Source of the DNA: Nocardioides sp.
Lineage (GTDB): Bacteria > Actinomycetota > Actinomycetes > Propionibacteriales > Nocardioidaceae
Reading direction: 5' to 3'
Assembly (NCBI GenBank): GCA_050997635.1
Contig: JBPCQY010000052.1
Coordinates: forward strand, 1 to 62,523
DNA length: 62,523 bases
Shown here: positions 38,783 to 48,300 of the stretch, piece by piece
Numbering within the stretch: the stretch's first letter is position 1
How the letters are laid out: every line of letters starts with the position of its first letter
Program-made: the position numbers and the translations under genes
The notes under the pieces: model-generated
Database searches by the model: none
Seen by the model: the letters and a program-made list of their open reading frames with translations, nothing else
What the model was told of the DNA's origin: nothing

Positions 38783-38876
38783 AGATCCCGCGACATACGA
38801 CGTCTGTGCCTATGGCCCAAGCAGCGGGCGGTTCAACACGCCCCGGGTTCGGCAAACTTGCTGCCTGCCCTATAGA

Positions 38877-38916
38877 ACCTGACGAAACGCACTAACGCCG
38901 CGATCCGCTTGGATCT
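38877..38916 (+). repeat. Cassette-boundary repeat R3
   Basis: ACCTGACGAAACGCACTAACGCCGCGATCCGCTTGGATCT; GCCGCGATCCGCTYGGATCT is 19/20 identical to R1. Confidence 0.7.
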
Positions 38917-38936
38917 CACGAAGCGAGCGTCGACTC

Positions 38937-39377
38937 CTACGGCTTCCCTGGGTAGATCAGGAGGGCATGGGTTGCGCCTGTCTTGCTCAGGCACTCCCGC
39001 AGCACGGCTTCAGCATCGGCGCTCAAGACGCCGCTCAGGTCGTCGTTCCCGTCGAACAGCCCGCCCCCACCAGTGAAGCTCGAGTCAACCGAGGCATTCG
39101 GAGATCCGCGAAAGTCAGCCCTGAAGACCACCTCACGCCTTCCGTCGTCCCAGGACGTTCCCGCAGGCCAGAACACGACGCCTGTGCCGATCATCAAGCA
39201 GCCGTCGTGCAGCGCAAGGCGTCCGGTGACCAGAGCAGCCGGATAAGGAATCCTGGAATCCGCGACGCGGGTGATGACGGGGCTGGGGATCTTGGCCGAG
39301 GAGACTGACGTACCGCTGCTACAGCCGAGCAGCAACATCGTGAGCGTGAGCAGACCGAGACCTTGCCGACTCTTCAT
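38937..39377 (-). CDS. Putative lipoprotein of unknown function
   Basis: MKSRQGLGLLTLTMLLLGC lipobox; ALVTGRL...GCL...VFWPAGT body. Confidence 0.75.
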   Translation of the reverse strand: MKSRQGLGLLTLTMLLLGCSSGTSVSSAKIPSPVITRVADSRIPYPAALVTGRLALHDGCLMIGTGVVFWPAGTSWDDGRREVVFRADFRGSPNASVDSSFTGGGGLFDGNDDLSGVLSADAEAVLRECLSKTGATHALLIYPGKP

Positions 39378-39414
39378 GATCATCTGACGCCTCGGCATAC
39401 CAGATGGTTGCTCG

Positions 39415-39447
39415 CGAAGCGCACTCATCTAGCTAGGCCGCGATCCG
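39415..39447 (+). repeat. Cassette-boundary repeat R4 containing an 8-bp CTAGCTAG insertion
   Basis: CGAAGCGCACTCAT[CTAGCTAG]GCCGCGATCCG; 22/25 identical to R3 once the insert is removed. Confidence 0.7.
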
Positions 39448-39536
39448 AAAGTCAAGTCCCTTGGACTCGTGGATCCTCAACCCCGCCTCCGACGACTGCA
39501 CAGCGGGTGGCGACTATGACACGATGCCGCCGAGGT

Positions 39537-40295
39537 TCATCCGGTTGAGTGTCGAGCCTGCTCCAGGTTCGACTTGTGAGGCCCGGCGAGCCAGTCTTGC
39601 TCCAGACGCGCGTCGACCGGGTCCTCTCCCCGCCGCAGCGCATCGAGGTAGGCACGATCCGCGGCCAGGCGGGCTGCCACCTCGGGACCTTCGGCAACGG
39701 CGCCGTGGCCGGGGACGACGACCTCGACGTGCTCGGTGGCCTCACTCAGGCGGTCGAGTGCGGTCTCGTAGGCGTCCACCTGGCCGGGGCGGCGAGGGTC
39801 GAGGAGCGGGACCAAGACGTCGGAGAGCATGTCGCCGGCGAGCAGGACGCCACGGTCCGCGAGGAGGAGGGCGGCATGGCCGACGGCGTGCGCGTCGTGC
39901 TCGACGAGCGTACCCGGGACCGGTCCGCCGTCCGCGGGCAGCGGAGTGACCAGCCCGATCAGCTCGAGCGGGATGCCCGAGGCGCTCCCCGCTGCCATCG
40001 TCTGGGCTCGCTCTCGCGCTTCGGTCGCAGCCTGGGCGCAGTCGGGGGTGGCGTAGCGCGGCACGTCGCCGAACCGGGGATGCCAGAGCAGGTGGTCCCA
40101 GTGCGGATGGGTGGAGAACCCGGCAACCACCGGGAGGCCCAGCCGGCCCAGGTCATCGGCGAGCTGGTCCAGATCGGAACCGTCGATGCCGGGATCGACC
40201 AGGACCAACCCACCATCCACGCGCACCGCGATGGCATTGCTCCAGACCCACTCGCTCTGCCGGACCCAGACGCCCTCGGCCACCTCAGTCAACAT
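39537..40295 (-). CDS. Metallo-beta-lactamase-fold hydrolase
   Basis: LVDPG, THPHWDH (HxHxDH), HAVGH, LAGDM, VPGHG. Confidence 0.9.
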   Translation of the reverse strand: MLTEVAEGVWVRQSEWVWSNAIAVRVDGGLVLVDPGIDGSDLDQLADDLGRLGLPVVAGFSTHPHWDHLLWHPRFGDVPRYATPDCAQAATEARERAQTMAAGSASGIPLELIGLVTPLPADGGPVPGTLVEHDAHAVGHAALLLADRGVLLAGDMLSDVLVPLLDPRRPGQVDAYETALDRLSEATEHVEVVVPGHGAVAEGPEVAARLAADRAYLDALRRGEDPVDARLEQDWLAGPHKSNLEQARHSTG

Positions 40296-40387
40296 CGGCT
40301 CACCCTGTCAGGCACTTCCGCCCGGCACAATCTCGCTGGGACCTCCTCAGACGAATCAACGCTCATGTCGATGGCAGAGGGTTGCGT

Positions 40388-40792
40388 TCAGGTGCGGTGG
40401 ACACCGATCGCGTCCACCAGGAGCGTGGCCAAAGGTTCGTGGGCGAGAGTAGGCAACTCGCCGGGCAAGAACCACCGGATCTCGTCATGCTCATCGGGAG
40501 CCACGTTCGTCGCCGTTCCGTGCCACTCGCCGACAAGCCAGGCGCTGAGGAGCACGGACTCCTCTCCGGACCCTGCGTTCAACCGGCACAAGTGAACCAC
40601 CGAGCCCACCGATATGTGCACACCCAGCTCCTCGTGCAACTCCCTCGTGAGCGCGCCCAGTTCCGACTCGCCAGCCTCGATGTGTCCGCCAGGCAGATCC
40701 CACAGACCCGGGTAGGCGCGGCGGCTCGGACTCCGATGGACGAGTAGGACTCGGCCCCCACGAACCAGCGCCCCGCTCACGACCTCATGCAT
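40388..40792 (-). CDS. NUDIX hydrolase (MutT-like)
   Basis: WDLPGGHIEAGESELGALTRELHEELG. Confidence 0.9.
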   Translation of the reverse strand: MHEVVSGALVRGGRVLLVHRSPSRRAYPGLWDLPGGHIEAGESELGALTRELHEELGVHISVGSVVHLCRLNAGSGEESVLLSAWLVGEWHGTATNVAPDEHDEIRWFLPGELPTLAHEPLATLLVDAIGVHRT

Positions 40793-40874
40793 GCCAGGCA
40801 GTACAGCATGGGCTTCCGACCAAGCAAATCGTGCGCGATCTACGCGTCGGCGTCAGGCGAGCCACGGCCAGGCT

Positions 40875-43169
40875 TCAGCGTGGACGGCGCAACGAGGTCA
40901 GGCTCAGGGCGGCCCGGATCCGCTGCCGCCGACCCACCGCGGTCGACATGGCGCGGCGTTCGGAGTTGATCTCGCGCCAGTACGCCGCCGCGGCGTCCGC
41001 CTCGGGAGCGCGCGGGCCGAAGACCTGGCTGTCGGCCCGGCGGGCCAGCACGGGCGCGGACGTCGACGTGGCGAACGAGCGGGACTGCTCGCGCCGAGTC
41101 ACCCCCGCGGTCACGGGGATCGGCTGGCCGAGGTCGCGCGCGTGGTCGACCAGCTCGTGCCAGCCGCCGACGAACCGGGACGAGACCCGTCCGGCCCGCC
41201 GTCGGCGGCGACGGCGCAGGGCCTTGAGCCCCACGACGGCGCCCAGCAGCAACACGATCACGAGCACCGGCACGCCGCCGTACGTGAGGACGGTGGAGAC
41301 CCAGTGGGTCACCGTCCTCAGAGCGGCCGCCGGCGGCGGCGCAGGCGGCTTGGGCGCCGCCTTCTTGGACTTCTGGGCGCGCAGGTTGGTGTCGGCCTGG
41401 TCGCCGACGGAGGACGGCGGCGGCAGCGGCTGCGGGGGAGGTACGACGGCCCCGGTGAGCCGCTGCTCGCTCTGCGGCGGCTGCGCCGCGGGCTTGTCGC
41501 GGCTCATGAACGCGCTGGTGGGCAGGGTGCGCCACGAGTCGTCGGCGACCCGCACCTCGACCCACGCGTGCACGTCGCGGCCCCTGACCACGCCGGAGGC
41601 CGGCGTGACCGCGCCGAACACCACCCGAGCGGGGACGCCGATCCGGTTGGCCAGCAGCGCCATCCACGCGGCGTACTGCTCGTCGTCCCCGACCAGCACC
41701 CGCGAGTTGAGCCCGCCGGCGTCGTCGGAGAGCCGGTACTGGTTGTGGCCGGGGTGGTAGATCTGCTCGGCGGCGCCGGCGCCGTCGGAGTACTTCCCGT
41801 CTCGCTTGAGGTGGCGGGCGATGGCGAAGAGCCGCTCCATCGGCCGGCTCGCGCCCTCGGACCACGTGACCGCCTGGGTGTCGAGGAAGCCGCCGTCGGT
41901 CGACGCGTCCACGAGCGGGTCGCCGGGCTCGTCACGGCTCGTGAGCGACTCGTCGGGCTCGACCCCGGAGAACTCCCAGCCGTCACCCGGCGTCAGACCG
42001 GTGGGTACGACGCCCGTGGCGGTCGCCAGGTTGTAGCGGAAGCTCTGCTCCATCGTGTCGACGTCGCCGGACCGGAAGTGCAGCTCGGTCAGGTCACCGA
42101 CGGTCGGCAGCCACACGCCGGAGTAGCCGGGGCCGAGCGTGAGCGTGCCCGAGACCGAGCGACCCGTCACCGGGCTGTCGATCTTCGAGGAGACGCGTTG
42201 GAAGGTGTCGTCGACGGGGCCCGGCTCGGTGCCGTTGGACGCGCCGTACACCGAGCCGTCGTACCGGTCCAGGGTCGCGATCCGGACCCGAGTGCCGGCT
42301 GGGACGCCGGTGACCGTGAAGAGGGTGGTGTCGTGGAGGTTCTGCGGGGCCTTCTTCGGCTGCTGCACGTAGCGACGGAATGACGCGAGCGGCGAGGGAT
42401 ACTGCCCGACGTCCAGCGGCGGTGCGACGTAGGTGCGCAGGATGACCCGGTTGCCGTCGCCCCCGCTCGCCCAGGTGCCGACGGGCAGGGCGACCAGCGC
42501 GGCGAGCGCGACGAGACCCGCTCCGGCGACCACTCGCGGCACCCGCGAGGTCGACCCGTGTACGGCGCCGGTACGCCGGGCGTGGCGCAGGATGAGCCAG
42601 CACAGCGAGAGCACGGCGACCAGCACGCCCTCGACCCACAGCGACTGCGGTCGGTGGATGCCGAGCAGGATCACCAGCGCCAGCAGCCCGAGCGGCGCCA
42701 GCAGCGGCAGCGGAGCGGTGAACCAGAGGGGGCCGCGGTCGGCGCCGGCCAGGAGCGCGCCGAGCATGCCGAAGAACTGCCCCATCACGAACGGCAGCAC
42801 CAGCAGCGGCCCACCGGCGTCGAGCGGCGGCAGCGTGGTGAGCAGGTCCTTCCAGCCGAACAGCGCCGCCTGGGTCAGCAGGTGCGCGCTGCTCGGTCCG
42901 GGGGCGCCGGCGCCCTCGCCGCGCAGGCACAGCGGGCCACCCAGCAGGTAGAAGGCGGCGAGCACGATCAGTACCGTCGCGATCGCCGGCCAGCCGAACC
43001 CGCGCGTCACGATCGCGGAGCCGACACCGATCACGGCACCGACCAGCCCGACCACGAGGTAGCCGTTGCCCTGGTACGTCGGGGCGAGGCCGACCAGGAC
43101 GACGGCGGTCAGCACCAGCAGCACTCCGGCGTCGACCCAGGTCGCCCGGGTCGGGGGCGAGAACCTCAT
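40875..43169 (-). CDS. Multi-TM transglutaminase-like (TgpA-type) protein with altered catalytic residues
   Basis: About 7 N-terminal TM segments, SPLASFR, GDDEQYA...GVPARVVFG...HAWVEV, C-terminal TM; ATGA overlap with the DUF58 gene. Confidence 0.85.
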   Translation of the reverse strand: MRFSPPTRATWVDAGVLLVLTAVVLVGLAPTYQGNGYLVVGLVGAVIGVGSAIVTRGFGWPAIATVLIVLAAFYLLGGPLCLRGEGAGAPGPSSAHLLTQAALFGWKDLLTTLPPLDAGGPLLVLPFVMGQFFGMLGALLAGADRGPLWFTAPLPLLAPLGLLALVILLGIHRPQSLWVEGVLVAVLSLCWLILRHARRTGAVHGSTSRVPRVVAGAGLVALAALVALPVGTWASGGDGNRVILRTYVAPPLDVGQYPSPLASFRRYVQQPKKAPQNLHDTTLFTVTGVPAGTRVRIATLDRYDGSVYGASNGTEPGPVDDTFQRVSSKIDSPVTGRSVSGTLTLGPGYSGVWLPTVGDLTELHFRSGDVDTMEQSFRYNLATATGVVPTGLTPGDGWEFSGVEPDESLTSRDEPGDPLVDASTDGGFLDTQAVTWSEGASRPMERLFAIARHLKRDGKYSDGAGAAEQIYHPGHNQYRLSDDAGGLNSRVLVGDDEQYAAWMALLANRIGVPARVVFGAVTPASGVVRGRDVHAWVEVRVADDSWRTLPTSAFMSRDKPAAQPPQSEQRLTGAVVPPPQPLPPPSSVGDQADTNLRAQKSKKAAPKPPAPPPAAALRTVTHWVSTVLTYGGVPVLVIVLLLGAVVGLKALRRRRRRRAGRVSSRFVGGWHELVDHARDLGQPIPVTAGVTRREQSRSFATSTSAPVLARRADSQVFGPRAPEADAAAAYWREINSERRAMSTAVGRRQRIRAALSLTSLRRPR

Positions 43170-44359
43170 CGCACGCTCCAGCGCAACACCTTGGGCGCGT
43201 CGTCGCGGGTGGCCACGTGGAGCACCGGGAGGCCACCGGCCTCGCTGACCCGTGCGGTCGTCGCCGGGTCGATGAGGATCGCGAAGCGGCGTACCTCCGG
43301 GGCGAAGGCGGCGGAGGCCCGCAAAAAGGTGTCGATCGGCGACCCGGCACCACTGATCAGGAACAGCAGACTGGTGTCGGGCGCCGCCACGGCTGCCCGG
43401 GTGGCCGTGGCGATCAGACCGGCCTCGCCGAGCTGTGCTCGGCACAGGGCGTCGAGGGCCAGGTGTCCGCCGACGCCGCTCGCGGCCCGACGGCCGCACA
43501 CGAAGGAGACCTCGAACTCGTCGAGGATGGAGCGCCGGATGATCGAGGCCGCGATCGACATCGCCGTCTCGAAGTCGTCCTCGGTGGTCCACGCCGAGGC
43601 CGCGTCGTCGACGACGACGGTGGCGTGGCTACGGCGGGTGTCGAGGTACTGCCGCACCAGCAGCTGGTTCTCCCCGGCGGCGGCCATCACCTTGGCCGAC
43701 GAGCGCCAGTGGATGTGCCGCAGGTCGTCGCCGGGGACGTACTCGCGCAGGGCGTGGAAGGCCAGGTCGCTGTGCGAGACCGCGTCGGTCGAGACGCCCT
43801 CGAGGTCGCGCAGCAGCCCGGCGCCGAGGGCGTCGATCGGCACCATCGGCGGGCGCACCATGATCTCGGTGACCCCGGTCCAGGAGATGTCCTGGGAGCA
43901 GATGCCGAGCGGGTCACCGCGCCGGGTCAGCACCGGCCCCACGGGGATCACGCCGCGGCACTCGGTGCGGATGGTGAAGTTCTCCTCGCTCTGGGCCTGC
44001 GGCGCCAGCGAAGGTACGCCGTACCGGTGGGTCACCGGACCCACCGGCACCTCGAGCGTGGTCGGCAGCAGGCGCCAGCCGGCGACGTTGGTGACCCTGA
44101 TCGAGGCCGCCACCGAGGCACCGGCCGTGACCCGCTCGGGGGTCAGGCCCAGATCGATGCGCACCACGGTGCGGCCGACCAGGAAGGGCAGCGCGAGCAG
44201 GAACAGCAGCAGGCACGCGGCCGAGAACACGGCGACCTCGCGCCAGTCGGTGAGCGCGGCGAGCAGGGCCAGGCCGAGCCCGAACCCGGCGATCACCCAG
44301 CCGATCGGGTTGACCACCCCCACCACGTCGCGGACCCGCTCCATCGAGACCGACCTCAC
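43166..44359 (-). CDS. DUF58 domain protein (vWA-like MoxR partner)
   Basis: RGVIPVGP...GDPLG and FHALREYVPGDDLRHIHWRSSAK motifs; 2 N-terminal TM segments. Confidence 0.9.
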   Translation of the reverse strand: MRSVSMERVRDVVGVVNPIGWVIAGFGLGLALLAALTDWREVAVFSAACLLLFLLALPFLVGRTVVRIDLGLTPERVTAGASVAASIRVTNVAGWRLLPTTLEVPVGPVTHRYGVPSLAPQAQSEENFTIRTECRGVIPVGPVLTRRGDPLGICSQDISWTGVTEIMVRPPMVPIDALGAGLLRDLEGVSTDAVSHSDLAFHALREYVPGDDLRHIHWRSSAKVMAAAGENQLLVRQYLDTRRSHATVVVDDAASAWTTEDDFETAMSIAASIIRRSILDEFEVSFVCGRRAASGVGGHLALDALCRAQLGEAGLIATATRAAVAAPDTSLLFLISGAGSPIDTFLRASAAFAPEVRRFAILIDPATTARVSEAGGLPVLHVATRDDAPKVLRWSVR

Positions 44360-45324
44360 GCCACCCGGTCGGTGGGCGGCGAGACGGCATCGAGCAGCCG
44401 CCCGATGACGTCCTCGACCGAGACCCCGCTGAACTGGGCCTCAGCGTCGAGCAGCAGCCGGTGGCACAGCACCGGCTCGGCCAGCTCCTTGACGTCGTCG
44501 GGTACGACGTGGTCGCGGCCGTCGGCGGCGGCCCAGGTCTTCGCCACGCGGACCAACGCGAGGCAGCCTCGGGCGGAGAGCCCCAGCTTGACGTGCGGCT
44601 GGCGGCGCGACTCCTCGGCGAGCTCGGCGACGTAGGAGATGACGGCCGGGTCGACATACACGTCGTCGGCCAGGCCCGACATCTCCGCAATGGTCTCGGA
44701 GGTGATGACCGGGGTGACCAGCGAGGCCCGGTCGCGCACCTTGGCGTTGACCAGCAGCTCGATCGTGGCCGAACGGTCGGGGTAGCCCATGGCCGTCTTC
44801 ATCAGGAACCGGTCGAGCTGGGCCTCGGGCAGCCGGTAGGTGCCCGCCTGCTCGATGGGGTTCTGGGTCGCGATGACCAGGAACGGCCTGCCGACCGAGT
44901 GCGCGACGCCGTCGACGGTGACCCGGCCCTCCTCCATCACCTCGAGCAGCGCGGACTGGGTCTTGGGCGAGGCCCGGTTGATCTCGTCGGCGAGCACGAT
45001 GGTGTGGAAGATCGGGCCGGGGTGGAACTCGAAGCTGCCCTTGTGCTGGTCGTAGACCGTCACGCCAGTGACGTCGGAGGGCAGCAGGTCGGGCGTGAAC
45101 TGGATCCGTGCGTGACTGCCCTGCACCGTGTTGGCCAACGTGCGGGCCAGCATGGTCTTGCCGGTGCCCGGGAAGTCCTCGAGCAGGATGTGCCCCTCCG
45201 AGAGCAGGCAGGTCAGCGCCAGGCGTACGACGTGCCGCTTGCCGAGCACGGCCTGCTCCATGTTGTCGGTCAGCTTGTCGAAGGTGGTCCTGAACCACTC
45301 GGCCTGCTGTTCGGAGATCGTCAC
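44356..45324 (-). CDS. MoxR-family AAA+ ATPase
   Basis: EDFPGTGKT, RIQFTPDLLPSD, LADEINRASPKTQSALLE, ATQNPIE, LPEAQLDRF. Confidence 0.96.
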   Translation of the reverse strand: MTISEQQAEWFRTTFDKLTDNMEQAVLGKRHVVRLALTCLLSEGHILLEDFPGTGKTMLARTLANTVQGSHARIQFTPDLLPSDVTGVTVYDQHKGSFEFHPGPIFHTIVLADEINRASPKTQSALLEVMEEGRVTVDGVAHSVGRPFLVIATQNPIEQAGTYRLPEAQLDRFLMKTAMGYPDRSATIELLVNAKVRDRASLVTPVITSETIAEMSGLADDVYVDPAVISYVAELAEESRRQPHVKLGLSARGCLALVRVAKTWAAADGRDHVVPDDVKELAEPVLCHRLLLDAEAQFSGVSVEDVIGRLLDAVSPPTDRVA

Positions 45325-45371
45325 ATCGGTGCTTTCTGGGTTGGTGGAGGGCTAGCACGAGGTGGGCGCGG

Positions 45372-48300
45372 CTATCCGCCAGGCCAGACGAACGACGCGT
45401 GCGACTTGAGGATGACCGAGTACTCGCAGGTCACAGAGACCGAGTTTCCGGGCGAGCCGTAGTAGGCGTCGATCTGGTGGGTGCCCTCCTCGCCCTTGTA
45501 GGTGTCGACGAAGAGCTTGCCGGGGGCGCTGAACGAGCAGGTCGGGGCCTTTCGCTCGAAGCTCCGCACCGTCAAGACGATGAAGCCACAGCTGGAGTCG
45601 GTGCAGTCGCCGCCTGTCGCGGGGCCCTTGCGGTTGCAGCTGGGTTCCTTGGAGCCGGGGGTGTCGTTGCACAGGGTGCCCCGCGAGATCGCCACTGTCG
45701 GCGGCGGGGGCGGGTCGGTGGCGGCCTTCTCCTTGTCCACGGCCGAGCCACGACTGGGGCCGTTGTCGCTGAGGGTGACCACGACGTTCTCGCGGAAGTC
45801 GTAGCCGTAGTCGATGGCTTCGGACGTGAAGGTCTGCTCGCCCACCGGCACCGGCCACGACTGGGTGTCGCCGTTCTCGCGGGCGATGGTCAGCTGGGCC
45901 GGGTCGCCGTTGGGGTTGACCTTGATCGTCCACGACATCCGCGGCCCGCCGGGGTTGGCCGTGACCGAGATGATCGCCGAGTCCCGGAGTTGTCCGTAGG
46001 GCTGCACGCTCTTGGAGGAGCTGGTCGAGGTGCAACGCCGGCTCACGTCGGCGTTCTCGTTGCACACCCGTAGCGAGATCGCGTAGGGGTGGTCGTCGTT
46101 CGCGACCTGCACCTGACGGCTGTGGTGCCCGGTCTCGTTGGCGAAGGACCGGACCACGGCACCGTCGACCAGGATGTCGACGTTGGACTGCTTGCCGTGT
46201 GAGCTCGGCACGTCGTAGGTCACCTCGATGGTGCGGTCGTGGCCGGTGGCCTTGGCGTCCCACGAGGTCCACTGCGCTGGCGGCGCGATGGCGACGTACG
46301 ACGTGGCACTGCCGCGCGCCGAGGTGATGCCCTTGCCGCCCTCGTTGGTCGCGGTGGCCGCATAGGTGTGGGTGGCGCCGTTGTAGACGATGCCGGTGTC
46401 GTCGCAGCTCGTGCTGCGGGTGGTGCACACGACGTGCGAGCCGTCGCGGTAGAGGGTGTACTGGACCGGCCCGGGACCGTTGGGCGGGTCGACCACGGGC
46501 CAGTTCACCGTCAGCCGCGTCGTGTCACCCGGCTGCTGGGCGTCGGTGACCGTGGGCGCGGCCGGTGGGTTCGGCTGGCCGATCGACTGGAACGAGCCGG
46601 ACGGGAACGACTTGCCCGGGCCGATCCCGTTGTACGGGATGATCGTGAAGCGGTAGGGCCGGTTGTTGTCCAGGCCGGTGATCGTGGCCTTCTCGCCGTG
46701 CACGGTCAACGCCCGACCCGCGCCGGGCCAGGTCACCTTGTACTTCGTGACACCACTGCCGACGATCAGCGGCGGGTCCCAGGCGATCTTGAGGGTGTGG
46801 TCGCCGCGTGAGACCAGGCGCACGGCACTGACCTGGCCCGCCCTCTTGTCGGGCGTCACGGGCCGCGAGAAGGCGCTCCAGGCGCCCCAGCCGACCGCGT
46901 TCCTGGCTCGTACGGCGAGGTGGTACGTCGTGCCGTTCTTCAGGCCGGTCATCGTGCACGCGGTAGACCCGCAGGAGATCGTCTTGCCGTGGTTGTTCTT
47001 GAGCTGGTAGCCGATGATCGGCGCGCCGTTCGCCGCCGGGGCCGTGAAGGTCACCGGCACCGCCGAGTTGTGCCGGAAGCCGTCAGGCAGCGGCTTGTCC
47101 GGCCGCCCGGGGACATCGAGGATGTCCAGGGAGATCCGGCCGTCGACCCGGCGTTCTGGACCCGCCCCGGGGCCGGCGTCGCTCATCGAGACCCGGAACT
47201 CTGCATGCCCGTGCACGTGCCGGCTGGCGTGCAGCACGACCGAGGTGCCGCGCTTGGAGATCTGCACCGGAACGCCGGAGACCTGCGAGGCGCCGAGCAG
47301 GGTGGGCTGCGGGTTGTGCACGCCCGGCACGAGGTACGGCGCCAGGTTGATCGTGCGGGAGTCGCCGAACTTCAGGTCGGCGACCCGGATGGGCGTCAGC
47401 CGCGGCGGAGGCGACCGGGTGACCCGGACCCCCAGCAGCCCGGTGTCACTGCCCGAGGCCGAGACCCCCAGCAGTCCGACGCTGTCGGGCCTGGTGCTGG
47501 GCGAGGCCCGCACGGTGATGTTGGGCCCGTTGATGCTCGACACGGTGAGGCCGCTGACGTTCTGGCGCCAGCTGGCGGCGTACTTCAGACGCGAGAGCTG
47601 GGCAGGGTCGATGGTCCACACGTGGCACACCGAGAGCACGTTGATGGTCACCGACCGGCTCTGCAGCACAGTCAGGGAGGTCGCCGGGCAGCGCAGGATC
47701 GGCTTGTCCTCGCCGACCTGCACCGGGACGCTGAGCACGCTCGTCACGGCCCTCTTGTCGTGTGCGCTGCGCGCCGTGGTCACCTCGAAGACCAGGGCGC
47801 CCGGCCCGGCGTACTCCTGCGAGGCGTCGACGCGGAAGGCGTCCTTGCCGGTGAGGGCCACGTTGACCGACGAGGTCGGCGAGGCCCACAGCCGACGCGC
47901 CGACGTCACGTGCTCCGGGCGACCGGACGGGTTGACGACGTAGTCGGCGAGCTTGCCGGTCACCGAGCCGCCGGGCTTGACCCGGATCAGTGCGTCCGGC
48001 CTCACGTACGGCGCTGCGCCGCTCGCTGGCGGCACGTAGAGCGAGCCCGTCGTCCGGCCACCGTCGCGGTCGCTCACGACGAACGGCACGACCTCGGGGT
48101 CGGGTCCACGGGTGACCTGGAGCCGGCTGCCCCGCACGATGCTGGCCCTGACCCCACGGGGCGGGTAGACCTGGCTCACCCGCAGGGCGGAGGCCGGGCC
48201 GTCGGGGTCGTACGCCGTCGCAAGCACGTTGGTGGTCACGCTGCCGCCGTTGCCGGTCGAGCCGAAGGCATCGGCGACCACCGGCGGGTTGTTGAACGGC

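Noticed and set aside
37151-39447. CRISPR array or classical integron interpretation of the spaced repeats
   Set aside because: Intervals are about 550 bp and contain genes, the repeats are degenerate, and there are no cas or intI genes and no RYYYAAC/GTTRRRY attC ends.
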